The notes beneath the pieces were generated by a model that was given only the letters and a program-made list of their open reading frames with translations, searched no databases and was not told where the DNA came from. A DNA stretch of 64,000 bases, taken from NCBI GenBank assembly GCA_963675755.2, contig CAXXMD010000002.1:1088001-1152000 (forward strand). Reading direction: 5' to 3'. Position numbers and translations under genes: made by a program. This document shows, piece by piece, positions 39,425-49,527 of this stretch; the first letter of the stretch is position 1, and the number at the start of each line of letters is the position of its first letter. Origin of the DNA: a bacterium (GTDB lineage: Bacteria; Zhuqueibacterota; Zhuqueibacteria; Residuimicrobiales; Krinioviventaceae).

Positions 39425-42337
39425 TTATCGAACAACCATGAACTTGCGAAATATAGCGATTTGTTCGGATTGACCGGATTCATCGGTTATCAAGTCTGCG
39501 TGTACTTTGAGCCAATACGTACCGCTGCTTACTTTGTGACCGCTGTCATTATATAAATCCCACCAGTAATCTACAACACCGTACTTTTCTTTGGGTACGG
39601 TACTTCCTGTATCAAAAGAGAGTGAATTTCCATCAATTTCTTTAACTTTTTCACCGGCAAGTGAATACACCTCTACTTTGCGTACAATCAAAGAACCCGT
39701 TGCAGAAGCAACACGCATACGAAAATTGGTAGCAGAATATTCAAAATATGGATTAGGAGCCACTTCAACAATATAAGGCTCTCCCCCTAAATCAATCACT
39801 ACATTAGGTTCACTCGGTACCAGTACAGATCGGGTTAATATCACATTATCAATATATTCAGCCTGTATACTTCCGCCAAAAGAACTTTGCAATATACCGT
39901 CATTGATATCGATTCCATTGGTATTATCGGTAATAAGAATACCTTCACGGTTTATAAAATCACCGGTATTATAAATCCCTTGGTTGTCAGGAATCTCGTA
40001 CAGGTATATATCTTCCCTATCCAGTGCTGTATTTTTTAATGTAACTTCTAATGAATCCTGGGTGATAGGATTCAGGTTTTTGTCCATTTCATCTGTAATT
40101 CTAACAAAAATAACCTGATCAAATTCAGCCTGGCTTAGAGAAACGCCCTGATTGTTTTCAATTGTCATATTGCCATTTGTTGCCAAAACGACCAGCACCG
40201 AATCCATTGAAATATCAGTCATGTCATTTACATCCTGATACATAACAGCAAGCGTATCTCTGTCCACAACTTCGAGGGTGTCATTACCCGGAGTAAATGT
40301 TGCAGAAATTTTTATTGGAATTCCCTCACTGTTTTGAAAAAAAGATTGTTTTAAATCCAGAGTAACCGTTTCAGAGTCTCCACTTATACAGGCAGTTACC
40401 GGCACATCAAAACTCTGACGAATGGATTCAAGATTATTATCGTCAAGAATAATAAGTGCTTGATCCATTGTTTGCTCATCATCAGGTTCAGTGTCTGATG
40501 CTAAATAGCCATATGTTTTTTCTCCGTCAGAATCAACAAAATGTATTGAAGAAGCTGTTGACTGAACTTCTTCGTAAACCAGTTTCCACCGTACAAGTGC
40601 GGGTGTAACCGCAGAATTTTTTGTACTGGGATACGCATTCAGGTTAATTGACGTAATTCCCAAAAGCGCGGGTATATTTTCAAGATTTACTGTATTTATA
40701 CTCTCATCCGTATTTGCAGAAAACTCGTAAAGCGTACGGTACGGGGATGTATTTTCAATAATTCTGAACAACAAATCAATTGCGCTTCGTTGGACTGCAT
40801 TATCCGGCAAATCCAGTTCACATTCAAAAGTTTTCCAATTGGGAATCAAAGAGTCTGAATCAGTAACACCAATAGAAGATGCCCAGAAATAAGGTTTTGG
40901 GGTTACATTCACATTGGTATCATAATAATGATATTTTACAGTCACTCCCTTTAATACCGGAGTATCTTTGGGGGTATCTGTTTGAAGAAAAGCACGGTAT
41001 TGATAAACACTGTGCGCTTTGTGTTTATCTAAATATAAACGCATACCCGAGCTGGTATACGTTGTAGTACTGTCACCACTGGGACCAATCCAGCTTTGTC
41101 TCTGGATATGGTTCACGTCCGTACCGGATCTGAACTGCATTTCAAGCGAAGTATTGTCACCCGAGTTGGTTTCCGCATTCCAAAAGAGTGAATCAAAATT
41201 CACATCTTTATCTAAAACAAACAGATCAGATTCACGCCAGCCGCTTTCAAAACCAATACGAGCAGGTATGATCTTGTTTGCATCATCATCACGATGAACA
41301 ACCAACAGTTTTTCAGAATCTAGAGATTGTGAGCCAATCTGATCAACATCTTTGAGGGCTTGCAATTCAAGTTTTAATTCCCAAAAATAATCTGTGTTTT
41401 GAGGATCAACTTCAACAATTCGATTGTTGCCGGCATCCGCGATCAAAACATGCCCATTTTCAATCATATCCGCATCAACAGGATTTAACAATCCATACGT
41501 TTCATCGCCAGCCAATTCTTCTGATGGATACTGCCAGACAATCTCTTTGGATGCCCGGGAAACCAGTAATACACGATTATGTCCCTGATCAGTGATCAAA
41601 ACAAGATCCTGATCACCCTGAATATATTCAACATCTACCGGTGAACTGAGAACTAAAGAACCCAACTCCCATACAATACTCTTGTCACTTTTTTCAACAA
41701 TAATTACCCGGTCATTACCACGATCAGCAATGAGAAATTCAGAACTGTCAGCAATTTTTTCAGCATCCGCAGGATTAGACAACTGGTTGGGGCCATTACC
41801 TTCAAGCCCATTGGGATCACCATAATCCCAATCTACGGATTGGGTTTCACGGCCAATCTGTAATACTCGGTGGCTGCCCCTGTCAGTAATCAAAACACGG
41901 TATTGTTCATTTTCCAGAAACTCGAATGCATCAACGGGTAGTACAAGCTCTCCACCGGTATATTCCCAGGTAATTCTTTTCGTTACAGGATTATATATAA
42001 ACACTTTGGAGCCACTGCGCAATGGATCGGTAACCAAATAAAGGTCCTGATCATCAATCGTACGCACATCAATATCTTCAACAGCGCCCAAAGGAATCGT
42101 TTCATCCGGCCAGGTCCAGTCAAATCCACCCAGGGTAAAGTTTTCTAATTGGATATCGTTACCATCCACTTCCCATATTGGGGTTAATGTAATCAATGAA
42201 TCTTTTTGGACACCTTGCTGCACGATTGTTTTAGGAAATGGAGCTGAATCCTGCCAGGTTATTTCCTTTTGTGCAAAAATGTTGCCTGTAACTGTAGTAA
42301 ATAAAAAAATAGCAATATACAGATAATATTTTTTCAT
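39425..42337 (-). CDS. Large secreted protein: NHL-like propeller, Ig-like repeats and variant CTD
   Basis: Signal peptide; repeats VLITDRGSHRV, FLIADRGNDRV, VLITDQGHNRV, VLIADAGNNRI; C-terminal VAPNPY...VYSLAGEKVKEI...WDLYNDSGHKVSSGTY...KFMVVR. Confidence 0.75.
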   Translation of the reverse strand: MKKYYLYIAIFLFTTVTGNIFAQKEITWQDSAPFPKTIVQQGVQKDSLITLTPIWEVDGNDIQLENFTLGGFDWTWPDETIPLGAVEDIDVRTIDDQDLYLVTDPLRSGSKVFIYNPVTKRITWEYTGGELVLPVDAFEFLENEQYRVLITDRGSHRVLQIGRETQSVDWDYGDPNGLEGNGPNQLSNPADAEKIADSSEFLIADRGNDRVIIVEKSDKSIVWELGSLVLSSPVDVEYIQGDQDLVLITDQGHNRVLLVSRASKEIVWQYPSEELAGDETYGLLNPVDADMIENGHVLIADAGNNRIVEVDPQNTDYFWELKLELQALKDVDQIGSQSLDSEKLLVVHRDDDANKIIPARIGFESGWRESDLFVLDKDVNFDSLFWNAETNSGDNTSLEMQFRSGTDVNHIQRQSWIGPSGDSTTTYTSSGMRLYLDKHKAHSVYQYRAFLQTDTPKDTPVLKGVTVKYHYYDTNVNVTPKPYFWASSIGVTDSDSLIPNWKTFECELDLPDNAVQRSAIDLLFRIIENTSPYRTLYEFSANTDESINTVNLENIPALLGITSINLNAYPSTKNSAVTPALVRWKLVYEEVQSTASSIHFVDSDGEKTYGYLASDTEPDDEQTMDQALIILDDNNLESIRQSFDVPVTACISGDSETVTLDLKQSFFQNSEGIPIKISATFTPGNDTLEVVDRDTLAVMYQDVNDMTDISMDSVLVVLATNGNMTIENNQGVSLSQAEFDQVIFVRITDEMDKNLNPITQDSLEVTLKNTALDREDIYLYEIPDNQGIYNTGDFINREGILITDNTNGIDINDGILQSSFGGSIQAEYIDNVILTRSVLVPSEPNVVIDLGGEPYIVEVAPNPYFEYSATNFRMRVASATGSLIVRKVEVYSLAGEKVKEIDGNSLSFDTGSTVPKEKYGVVDYWWDLYNDSGHKVSSGTYWLKVHADLITDESGQSEQIAIFRKFMVVR

Positions 42338-42391
42338 TATATTTTCCGTTTGGTTAGTCGGATTAAAACAAATATCCGATTATACATATTC

Positions 42392-43306
42392 CTAAATCTC
42401 ATCCCAGGAACTTATACTTGAACCAATGGCAATAGAGTAAAACTTTGTTAGTTCAGAATCAGCTCTTGAGGTCATGATAATAGGAACTTTGGCTCCCAAA
42501 ACAATACCTGCTGTTTTGGTATCCGCGAAATAACTTAACGCTTTATAGAAAACATTACCCGATTCAATATTGGGCATGATCAATACATCAGCATCACCAC
42601 CTACAGGACTGTCAATACCTTTGGTTTCGCAAGCGCTTTTACTGATTGCATTATCAAGCGCCATGGGACCATCAATTATACAGTTCTTAATCTGGCCTCG
42701 GTGGTTCATTTTAGTCAAAACTGCCGCATCAATAGTACACGGCATAGATTTATAATTCACTTTTTCTATAGCGGCAATCAAAGCTACTTTGGGTGTCTCT
42801 ATTCCAAGCATTTGAGCACAAGCTACAGAATTATCAATAATACCTACTTTGGCATCCAAATCCGGATAAATATTCATTCCGCCATCAGACATAAATATCA
42901 GTTTATGATATTTGGGTATCTGCAATACAGCACAATGCGATAAAAGCTTACCGGTTCTGACATCATGTTGTTTGTCTAGTACACCCTTTAACAAGGTAGC
43001 TGAAGAACAGCGTCCTTTCATAAGCGTGTCTGCAAGACGCTCACGCACAAGCTGTATAGCACGAACAACAGATTGATTTTCATTATCTGCCTGGACTATA
43101 TCAAACTGTGTAGCATCAACATTTATTTCCTTACCGGTACGGATGATGCTTTCTTTATCACCCACCAAAACGGCATCTACAATACCTTCATTGTGGGCAT
43201 GTGAAATAGCAGCGAGCACTTCGTGTTCATCTGCCATTGCAACAGCTATGGTTTTTTTAGGTTTCTTTTTAACTTCTATCAATAACTCATCAAACGTTGT
43301 GATCAT
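42392..43306 (-). CDS. ptb: Phosphate butyryltransferase / phosphate acyltransferase
   Basis: LMKG, DGGMNIYP, DGPMALDNA, PNIESGN, PIIMTSRADS; overlaps buk. Confidence 0.9.
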   Translation of the reverse strand: MITTFDELLIEVKKKPKKTIAVAMADEHEVLAAISHAHNEGIVDAVLVGDKESIIRTGKEINVDATQFDIVQADNENQSVVRAIQLVRERLADTLMKGRCSSATLLKGVLDKQHDVRTGKLLSHCAVLQIPKYHKLIFMSDGGMNIYPDLDAKVGIIDNSVACAQMLGIETPKVALIAAIEKVNYKSMPCTIDAAVLTKMNHRGQIKNCIIDGPMALDNAISKSACETKGIDSPVGGDADVLIMPNIESGNVFYKALSYFADTKTAGIVLGAKVPIIMTSRADSELTKFYSIAIGSSISSWDEI

Positions 43307-44381
43307 AGCTTACCGCCTCTTGTGCATAGTTTTTAGGTTCTTCTTGTCCTGTTAATACACGTAGCGCCCCCAGAGCCAAAGCCTCCATCTCTTCCTCACC
43401 GGGAAATTTTAATACCTGTGCTATAAAATCAATCCGTTTTTCTATTTTCACAATAATCTCGTCATTAAATGCAATACCACCGGTAAGGACTATTGCATCC
43501 ACATTACCAGCAAGCACAGCAGCCATTGCAGCAATTTCTTTTGATATCTGATATGTCATTGCTTCAATAGCTAAATTAATGTCATTTGCAGACGATGTTT
43601 TTAATAATTGTTGAATATTATTTGATCCGGTATAGGCAACAAGACCACCTTTACCGGTTAACATTTTTAAAATCTGTTTTTCCTCAAGTTCACCAGAAAA
43701 ACAAAATCGAACCAAATCACCAGCAGGTATAGTACCTGCTCTTTCAGGGGAAAAAGGGCCATCTCCGTCAAGGGCATTATTAACGTCCACCACTCTACCC
43801 TGTTTATGAGCAGCTACAGAAATACCACCCCCAAGATGGGCAATTATGAGATTTAAATCCTCGTACTTTTTTTGCAATGATTCAGCTACTTTTCTTCCAA
43901 CGGCTTTATGATTTAACGCATGAAAAATACTTTTACGTTTAAATTGAGGATGCCCTGATAATCTTGCAACGCTATCAAACTCATCTACAACAACGGGATC
44001 AACAATAAAAGCAGGCTTTTTACAAATACCTGCAAATTTGGCCGCTAGCACACCACCCAGGTTGGACGCATGCTGACCTTGCACCCCTTTGGTTAAATCC
44101 TGAATCATCTCGGCATCTACCGCATAAGTTCCACTGGGAATAGGATTTAATAACCCGCCTCTTCCAACATAGGCATCCATATCATTACAATCAATACCTT
44201 TATTGGTAAATACATTTTGAATCAGTTCAAAACGATAATCAAGCTGGTCCATTACCGTACTAAACTGTGCCAGTTCGTCAACAGAATGATGTACTGACTC
44301 GGAAAATACCGGTTCGGTATTTTTATAAAGCGCTAATTTTGTAGAGGTGGAACCGGGATTGATAACAAAAATATTAGACAT
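43290..44381 (-). CDS. buk: Butyrate kinase
   Basis: INPGSTSTK, VGRGGLL, HASNLG, IFHALNHKA, AHLGGGISV, GPFSPER. Confidence 0.95.
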   Translation of the reverse strand: MSNIFVINPGSTSTKLALYKNTEPVFSESVHHSVDELAQFSTVMDQLDYRFELIQNVFTNKGIDCNDMDAYVGRGGLLNPIPSGTYAVDAEMIQDLTKGVQGQHASNLGGVLAAKFAGICKKPAFIVDPVVVDEFDSVARLSGHPQFKRKSIFHALNHKAVGRKVAESLQKKYEDLNLIIAHLGGGISVAAHKQGRVVDVNNALDGDGPFSPERAGTIPAGDLVRFCFSGELEEKQILKMLTGKGGLVAYTGSNNIQQLLKTSSANDINLAIEAMTYQISKEIAAMAAVLAGNVDAIVLTGGIAFNDEIIVKIEKRIDFIAQVLKFPGEEEMEALALGALRVLTGQEEPKNYAQEAVSYDHNV

Positions 44382-44436
44382 TCAACCTCCGGGGAATCAG
44401 TTTTCAACAGGATTAATTTTCAACAGCGCTTTTTAT

Positions 44437-44465
44437 AGTTTAATGAAACAAAGCATAAAAAGCAA
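44437..44465 (-). promoter_or_regulatory. Candidate sigma70 promoter of buk-ptb
   Basis: Minus-strand TTGCTT-17 nt-TAAACT. Confidence 0.5.
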
Positions 44466-44484
44466 GAATTCTTGTAAAATAATG

Positions 44485-45009
44485 TCATTCAGCAGATACG
44501 TGAACAAGGGATTCTACACGATATTCACCCAACTTTTCACGACCTTTTAAAAAATCAAGTTCAACAAGAAAACAGCATCCTACAACAACGCCACCCAATC
44601 TCTCAACCAGGTTGGTAGTTGCTTTGATTGTACCTCCGGTTGCCAAAAGATCATCAATTACCAGTACTTTTTGGTCTTTTTTAATTGCATCCATATGGAT
44701 CTCGAGCGAATCTGTTCCATACTCTAATTCATAGGTTTCCTGAATTGTATTTGATGGTAGTTTACCCGGTTTTCTTACCGGAACGAATGCAATACCCCAT
44801 TTGTATGCAAGAATAGAGGCAAATATAAATCCCCGAGATTCAATTCCCACAACCACATCAATCTCTTCATTTTTGAAATGATCTTCCATTTGTTTTATAG
44901 ATTCCTGAAAAGCTTTGGGATCATCAAGTAAGGTGGTTATATCAATAAAATTAATTCCAGGTTTGGGAAAATCCTTTACCCGTCTCAAAGTTGAATCCAA
45001 ATCCATCAT
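44485..45009 (-). CDS. apt: Adenine phosphoribosyltransferase
   Basis: DFPKPGINFIDIT, ESRGF, RKPGKLP, YELEYG, IDDLLATGGT. Confidence 0.97.
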   Translation of the reverse strand: MMDLDSTLRRVKDFPKPGINFIDITTLLDDPKAFQESIKQMEDHFKNEEIDVVVGIESRGFIFASILAYKWGIAFVPVRKPGKLPSNTIQETYELEYGTDSLEIHMDAIKKDQKVLVIDDLLATGGTIKATTNLVERLGGVVVGCCFLVELDFLKGREKLGEYRVESLVHVSAE

Positions 45010-45019
45010 TAATTTTCCT

Positions 45020-45295
45020 TTATCGTTCTATACTAAAATTCTTGTATTTATTTTCACAGGACTGCCAGCTCACATTCACATATGTAACATCAGAAAACCG
45101 GGGTCCTCTCTCAAGCGCACTGATATATGCTTCAATATAAGGTCTTTGGCCTTCAGCAAAGCTTTCAACACTACCATCAACTCTATTGCGTACGTATCCG
45201 GTAATTCCCAGGGCCTGGGCTTCACGTAACGCATAGTAACGAAAGCCCACTCCCTGAACTTCACCGCTCACAATTATATGTGCTGCAGTTTTCAT
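45020..45295 (-). CDS. acyP: Acylphosphatase
   Basis: VSGEVQGVGFR, GYVRNRVDGSVE. Confidence 0.95.
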   Translation of the reverse strand: MKTAAHIIVSGEVQGVGFRYYALREAQALGITGYVRNRVDGSVESFAEGQRPYIEAYISALERGPRFSDVTYVNVSWQSCENKYKNFSIER

Positions 45296-45314
45296 TTATA
45301 AAACACCTAGTAAA

Positions 45315-46610
45315 TTACGGATACAGACGGTACAACATTCTTGGAAACGGAATGGTTTCACGAACGTGCTGTCTACCGCAAAGCCATGCAACGGTTCTTT
45401 CAATACCCAAACCAAAACCGGCATGTGGCACACTACCATAACGACGAACATCCAAATACCATTTAAAATTTTCCATTGGAAGTTCATGTGCTTCAATCTT
45501 TTTCATCAACGTATCGTAATCATCTTCACGTTGACCACCACCAATGATCTCTCCATAACCTTCAGGTGCAATCATATCCACACACAATGCGCGGTCAGGA
45601 CGTTCAGGATCATTTTTCATATAGAACGCTTTAATATTTGCCGGGTAATGGGTAATCATAACCGGCTTGTCATATTTCCCGGAAATGATGGTTTCATCAG
45701 CACCGCCAAAATCATCACCATAAACGAATTCAGCTTCTGCATCTTTTAGAATTTTAGCGGCATCATCATAATCAATTCTGGGGAAAGGCTTTACAACTTT
45801 TTCCAGTGGAGCAATGTCACGCTCCAAGATCTCAAGTTCATCACGACGATTTTCTAAAACCCGTTCGACAATATAGCTTACAAGCCCTTCGGCCATATCC
45901 ATATCCTGATACAGATCACAATAGGCCATTTCGGGCTCAACCATCCAAAATTCTGTCAAATGACGACGAGTTTTAGATTTTTCAGCCCTAAACGTAGGAC
46001 CAAAACAATATGCTTTACCAAATGCAGATGCAGCAGGTTCCATGTATAACTGGCCGCTCTGGGTAAGATAAGCCTTTTCATCAAAATAATTTACTTCAAA
46101 AAGATTAGTTGTACCTTCACAGGCTGAAGGTGTAAAAATGGGTGCATCTACCAGGGTAAAGCCATTATTGTCAAAATAATCCCGACATGATTTAATAATC
46201 TCATGGCGTACTTTGATAATCGCGTGCTGCTGGGATGAACGCAGCCACAAATCACGATGCTCCATTAAAAATTCCACACCATGTTCTTTTGGAGAAATCG
46301 GGTATTCTTCGGCTTTGTGAACAATTTTTACCGAACTGACCTGGATCTCACATCCTCCCTTTGCACGCTTGTCTTCCGCTACTGTACCGGTAACATGTAA
46401 TGCGCTTTCCTGCGAAAGATGCTGACATTGTTCAAACGTCTCTTCATCCACATTACCTTTAAAGACGACTGCCTGTACCAACCCTGTTCCGTCTCGCATC
46501 ATTAAAAAAGCAAGTTTACCTTTACCGGTCTTGTTGTATAACCAACCAGAGATAGTAACTTCTTTACCAATGTACGATTGCAGTTCTGAAATAAATACTT
46601 TTTCAGCCAT
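45315..46610 (-). CDS. asnS: Asparagine--tRNA ligase
   Basis: OB-fold N-terminus, [52 protein letters not shown]. Confidence 0.95.
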   Translation of the reverse strand: MAEKVFISELQSYIGKEVTISGWLYNKTGKGKLAFLMMRDGTGLVQAVVFKGNVDEETFEQCQHLSQESALHVTGTVAEDKRAKGGCEIQVSSVKIVHKAEEYPISPKEHGVEFLMEHRDLWLRSSQQHAIIKVRHEIIKSCRDYFDNNGFTLVDAPIFTPSACEGTTNLFEVNYFDEKAYLTQSGQLYMEPAASAFGKAYCFGPTFRAEKSKTRRHLTEFWMVEPEMAYCDLYQDMDMAEGLVSYIVERVLENRRDELEILERDIAPLEKVVKPFPRIDYDDAAKILKDAEAEFVYGDDFGGADETIISGKYDKPVMITHYPANIKAFYMKNDPERPDRALCVDMIAPEGYGEIIGGGQREDDYDTLMKKIEAHELPMENFKWYLDVRRYGSVPHAGFGLGIERTVAWLCGRQHVRETIPFPRMLYRLYP

Positions 46611-46641
46611 GAACCTGATTCCTTTCTTCTACTGATTATCA

Positions 46642-47478
46642 CTACCTTGCCAGCATGACATGGCAGCTTGAATGCCTTAAAATGTGTTCTGTATTACTGC
46701 CTAACAGCATCTCACGGAGTTTGGAATGACCGTAAGCGCCAATGGCTATTAAATCTACTTTATTCTCTTTGGCGAACTTTACAATTTCTTTGTCCGGTGT
46801 TCCGGGTAAGACAATATGATCTAGTTCTATATTATAATTTTTCAAATAATCTCGAGCTTCGTTTATATAGTGCTGACCTATTTTTTCATCATCTGTCACA
46901 GATAAAAGCGTAACACGAGAGTGTAATTTTTCAGCCAGGTGACCCGAAAACTGTAAAGCCTGGTTAGCATTGGGACTTCCATCATAACCGATAAGAATAT
47001 GATTAATTGACCGGCTCTCTTTATCAGTTACAATTACCGGCTTGTGTATATTACGACTCACAATTTGAATAGTAGCGCCCAGTCTCTGTTGGTCCCAGCG
47101 GGAAAATTCACCGCACTTGCCCAATATAACCAGATCAGAAAGATGAGAACGTTCTAAAATAGCATTAGCCGGAGAAGCTACCATCTTTTCAGTTTCAAAC
47201 AATACCCGGCTTTCATTCAAAATCTGTGAGGTTTTTTCAAGCACTTTATCACATTTTTCTTCAAGCAAACGCATGGATTCTTTTTGGTAAAGACCTGTAG
47301 GAGCTATTGGCACAAAACCATCAGAACCAATTGCAGTGGCCCATTCAAAAACACGTATATCTGCAACAGACAATACGCGCAAATAGCTATTAAAAGCACG
47401 GGCCAATTCAATACCCATAGATAAAACTGGATCCGTATAAGTAGATCCGTCAACGGCAAGCATGATATTTTTAAACAT
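46642..47478 (-). CDS. Universal stress protein (tandem USP domains)
   Basis: MFKNIMLAVDGS, ILIGYDGS, GAYGHSKLREMLLGS. Confidence 0.92.
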   Translation of the reverse strand: MFKNIMLAVDGSTYTDPVLSMGIELARAFNSYLRVLSVADIRVFEWATAIGSDGFVPIAPTGLYQKESMRLLEEKCDKVLEKTSQILNESRVLFETEKMVASPANAILERSHLSDLVILGKCGEFSRWDQQRLGATIQIVSRNIHKPVIVTDKESRSINHILIGYDGSPNANQALQFSGHLAEKLHSRVTLLSVTDDEKIGQHYINEARDYLKNYNIELDHIVLPGTPDKEIVKFAKENKVDLIAIGAYGHSKLREMLLGSNTEHILRHSSCHVMLAR

Positions 47479-47492
47479 ATCGTACCTCTCGT

Positions 47493-48509
47493 TTAAAACC
47501 AGACCTCAGGTTTTACATCCCGGGTCATTAAATCCTGCAGAGCCATTCTGGGTTCCTTGTTTGCAAAAAGAACATTATATACTTCAAAGCAGATAGGCAT
47601 TTCAACATCAAGTTTCTTTGCCAGCTCGACCGTAGATCGGCAGGTTTTTACACCTTCCGCAACCATGGTCATATTACCCAATACATCATCAAGAGACAAA
47701 CCACTACCAATCTGCTCGCCTACATGACGGTTACGACTGTGACGACTCATACAGGTTACAATTAAATCACCCATACCAGACAGTCCTGAAAATGTGTGAG
47801 GATCAGCATCAAACTTGCGGCCCAACCTGATGATCTCAGCCAGACCACGTGGTTGTAATGCGGCCTTTGTATTATCTCCGAATCCTGCGCCATCACAAAT
47901 TCCTGCCGCAATAGCTATTACATTTTTTAAAGCACCACCCAGTTCAACTCCGGCAACATCGACACTGGTATAAATACGAAATGTGGGTGTATTAACAGCT
48001 TCCTGAATTTGTAGCGCAGTTTTTTCATCTGTTGAAGCGACAACCACAGCAGTTGGAATATTTCGACTTACTTCTTCCGCATGACTGGGTCCAGATAGAA
48101 CTGCAAAATTTTCAACAGGATGAGTTGGTAATTCCTCATGAAAGATTTCCGAAATCCGCATCAGAGAATCATTCTCAATTCCTTTGACGCAACTGATAAC
48201 AATTGTATTGCTGTCAATTTCATTTTTTGCAAGTTCTTTTAATACATTGCGAGTTACATGCGATGGGGTAATAAGGAAAATAAGATTGGCACTTTTTACT
48301 GCATCTGATAAACAATTGGTAACATGTATAGTATCATTTAAAATTGCAGATTTTAATACACTTTCACGCATGCGGGTGCGCTGCAAAGATTCTGCTGCTT
48401 CTTTATCAAACTCCCACAATCTTACTCGGTGGCCATTACTTGCACATACATTGGCGATTGCAAATCCCCAACTTCCCGCACCCAATATTGCTATATCTAA
48501 ATTTGGCAT
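47493..48509 (-). CDS. gpsA: NAD(P)H-dependent glycerol-3-phosphate dehydrogenase
   Basis: GAGSWG, SGPSHAEEV, GGALKNVIAIA, GDLIVTC.SRHSRN. Confidence 0.97.
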   Translation of the reverse strand: MPNLDIAILGAGSWGFAIANVCASNGHRVRLWEFDKEAAESLQRTRMRESVLKSAILNDTIHVTNCLSDAVKSANLIFLITPSHVTRNVLKELAKNEIDSNTIVISCVKGIENDSLMRISEIFHEELPTHPVENFAVLSGPSHAEEVSRNIPTAVVVASTDEKTALQIQEAVNTPTFRIYTSVDVAGVELGGALKNVIAIAAGICDGAGFGDNTKAALQPRGLAEIIRLGRKFDADPHTFSGLSGMGDLIVTCMSRHSRNRHVGEQIGSGLSLDDVLGNMTMVAEGVKTCRSTVELAKKLDVEMPICFEVYNVLFANKEPRMALQDLMTRDVKPEVWF

Positions 48510-48519
48510 TCATTTTCTC

Positions 48520-49524
48520 TTAATTTATTTTACCCATAACAACCGGTTCTTCATTCACTGCTTTTAACGCATCTGTTACTTTTGAAACAGCATCTTGTTC
48601 AACAACAAAAACCAGACCGATACCCAAATTAAATGTTTTTCTCATTTCTTCATCAGTAACATTTCCAAACTCTTGAATCAGTTTGAATTCGGGTAACACC
48701 GTCCAACTGTTCCAATCTACATCCATTGATAGGTTGTCACGCAGCAACCGTTTAGTATTGCCTTCAATTCCACCACCGGTTATATGGCTAATTCCATTAA
48801 TTTCCGGCATCCTTCTTACGGCTTTGATAGCATTGGCATAACTTTTATGAACTTTGAGTAATGAATCTCCCCAGTTCATGCCGCCCAGTTCATCAACAGG
48901 CGCTTTCAGATCCACTTTTTTATGCTCAAGCAACACTTTTCTCGCCATAGAGTAACCATTGGTGTGCAATCCATTTGAAGGAAGGCCCAGAAGTACATTG
49001 CCGGGAGCTATTTTGCTGCCGTCAATAATATCGGGTTTATTAATAACTCCAACGATTGAACCTACCAGGTCATACTCTCCGGCTGAATAAAAGCCCGGCA
49101 TTTCTGCAGTTTCACCGCCAACAAGGGAACAACCATTCAATTTACATCCGTCAGACATACCCTTGACAATCTGTTCAGCTTTTTCTGGTTTCAGATCCAA
49201 AGTTCCAATATAATCAAGAAAAAACAGGGGATCTGAACCGCATACCATTATGTCATTCACACAATGATTAACCAGATCCTGGCCTACCGAATCGTGCCGA
49301 TCCATGGAAAATGCGATTTTTAACTTTGTGCCTACACCATCAACACTGGATACAATAATAGGCTCGGGGTATTTTTTTATATCTAGTGAATAAAATCCTG
49401 AGAACAATCCAATACCTTTTAATACATTATCATTAAAAGTGGATTTTGCCAGGGCGGAAATCTTTTTCGTAGAGGCTTCTGCTGCCTGCAGGTCTACGCC
49501 TGAATCTTTGTAACTAATGGACAA
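48520..49524 (-). CDS. purM: Phosphoribosylformylglycinamidine cyclo-ligase
   Basis: YKDSGVD, DGVGTKL, GGETAEMPG, SNGLHTNGYS, HITGGG, TFNLGIG. Confidence 0.97.
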   Translation of the reverse strand: MSISYKDSGVDLQAAEASTKKISALAKSTFNDNVLKGIGLFSGFYSLDIKKYPEPIIVSSVDGVGTKLKIAFSMDRHDSVGQDLVNHCVNDIMVCGSDPLFFLDYIGTLDLKPEKAEQIVKGMSDGCKLNGCSLVGGETAEMPGFYSAGEYDLVGSIVGVINKPDIIDGSKIAPGNVLLGLPSNGLHTNGYSMARKVLLEHKKVDLKAPVDELGGMNWGDSLLKVHKSYANAIKAVRRMPEINGISHITGGGIEGNTKRLLRDNLSMDVDWNSWTVLPEFKLIQEFGNVTDEEMRKTFNLGIGLVFVVEQDAVSKVTDALKAVNEEPVVMGKIN

Positions 49525-49527
49525 TGA

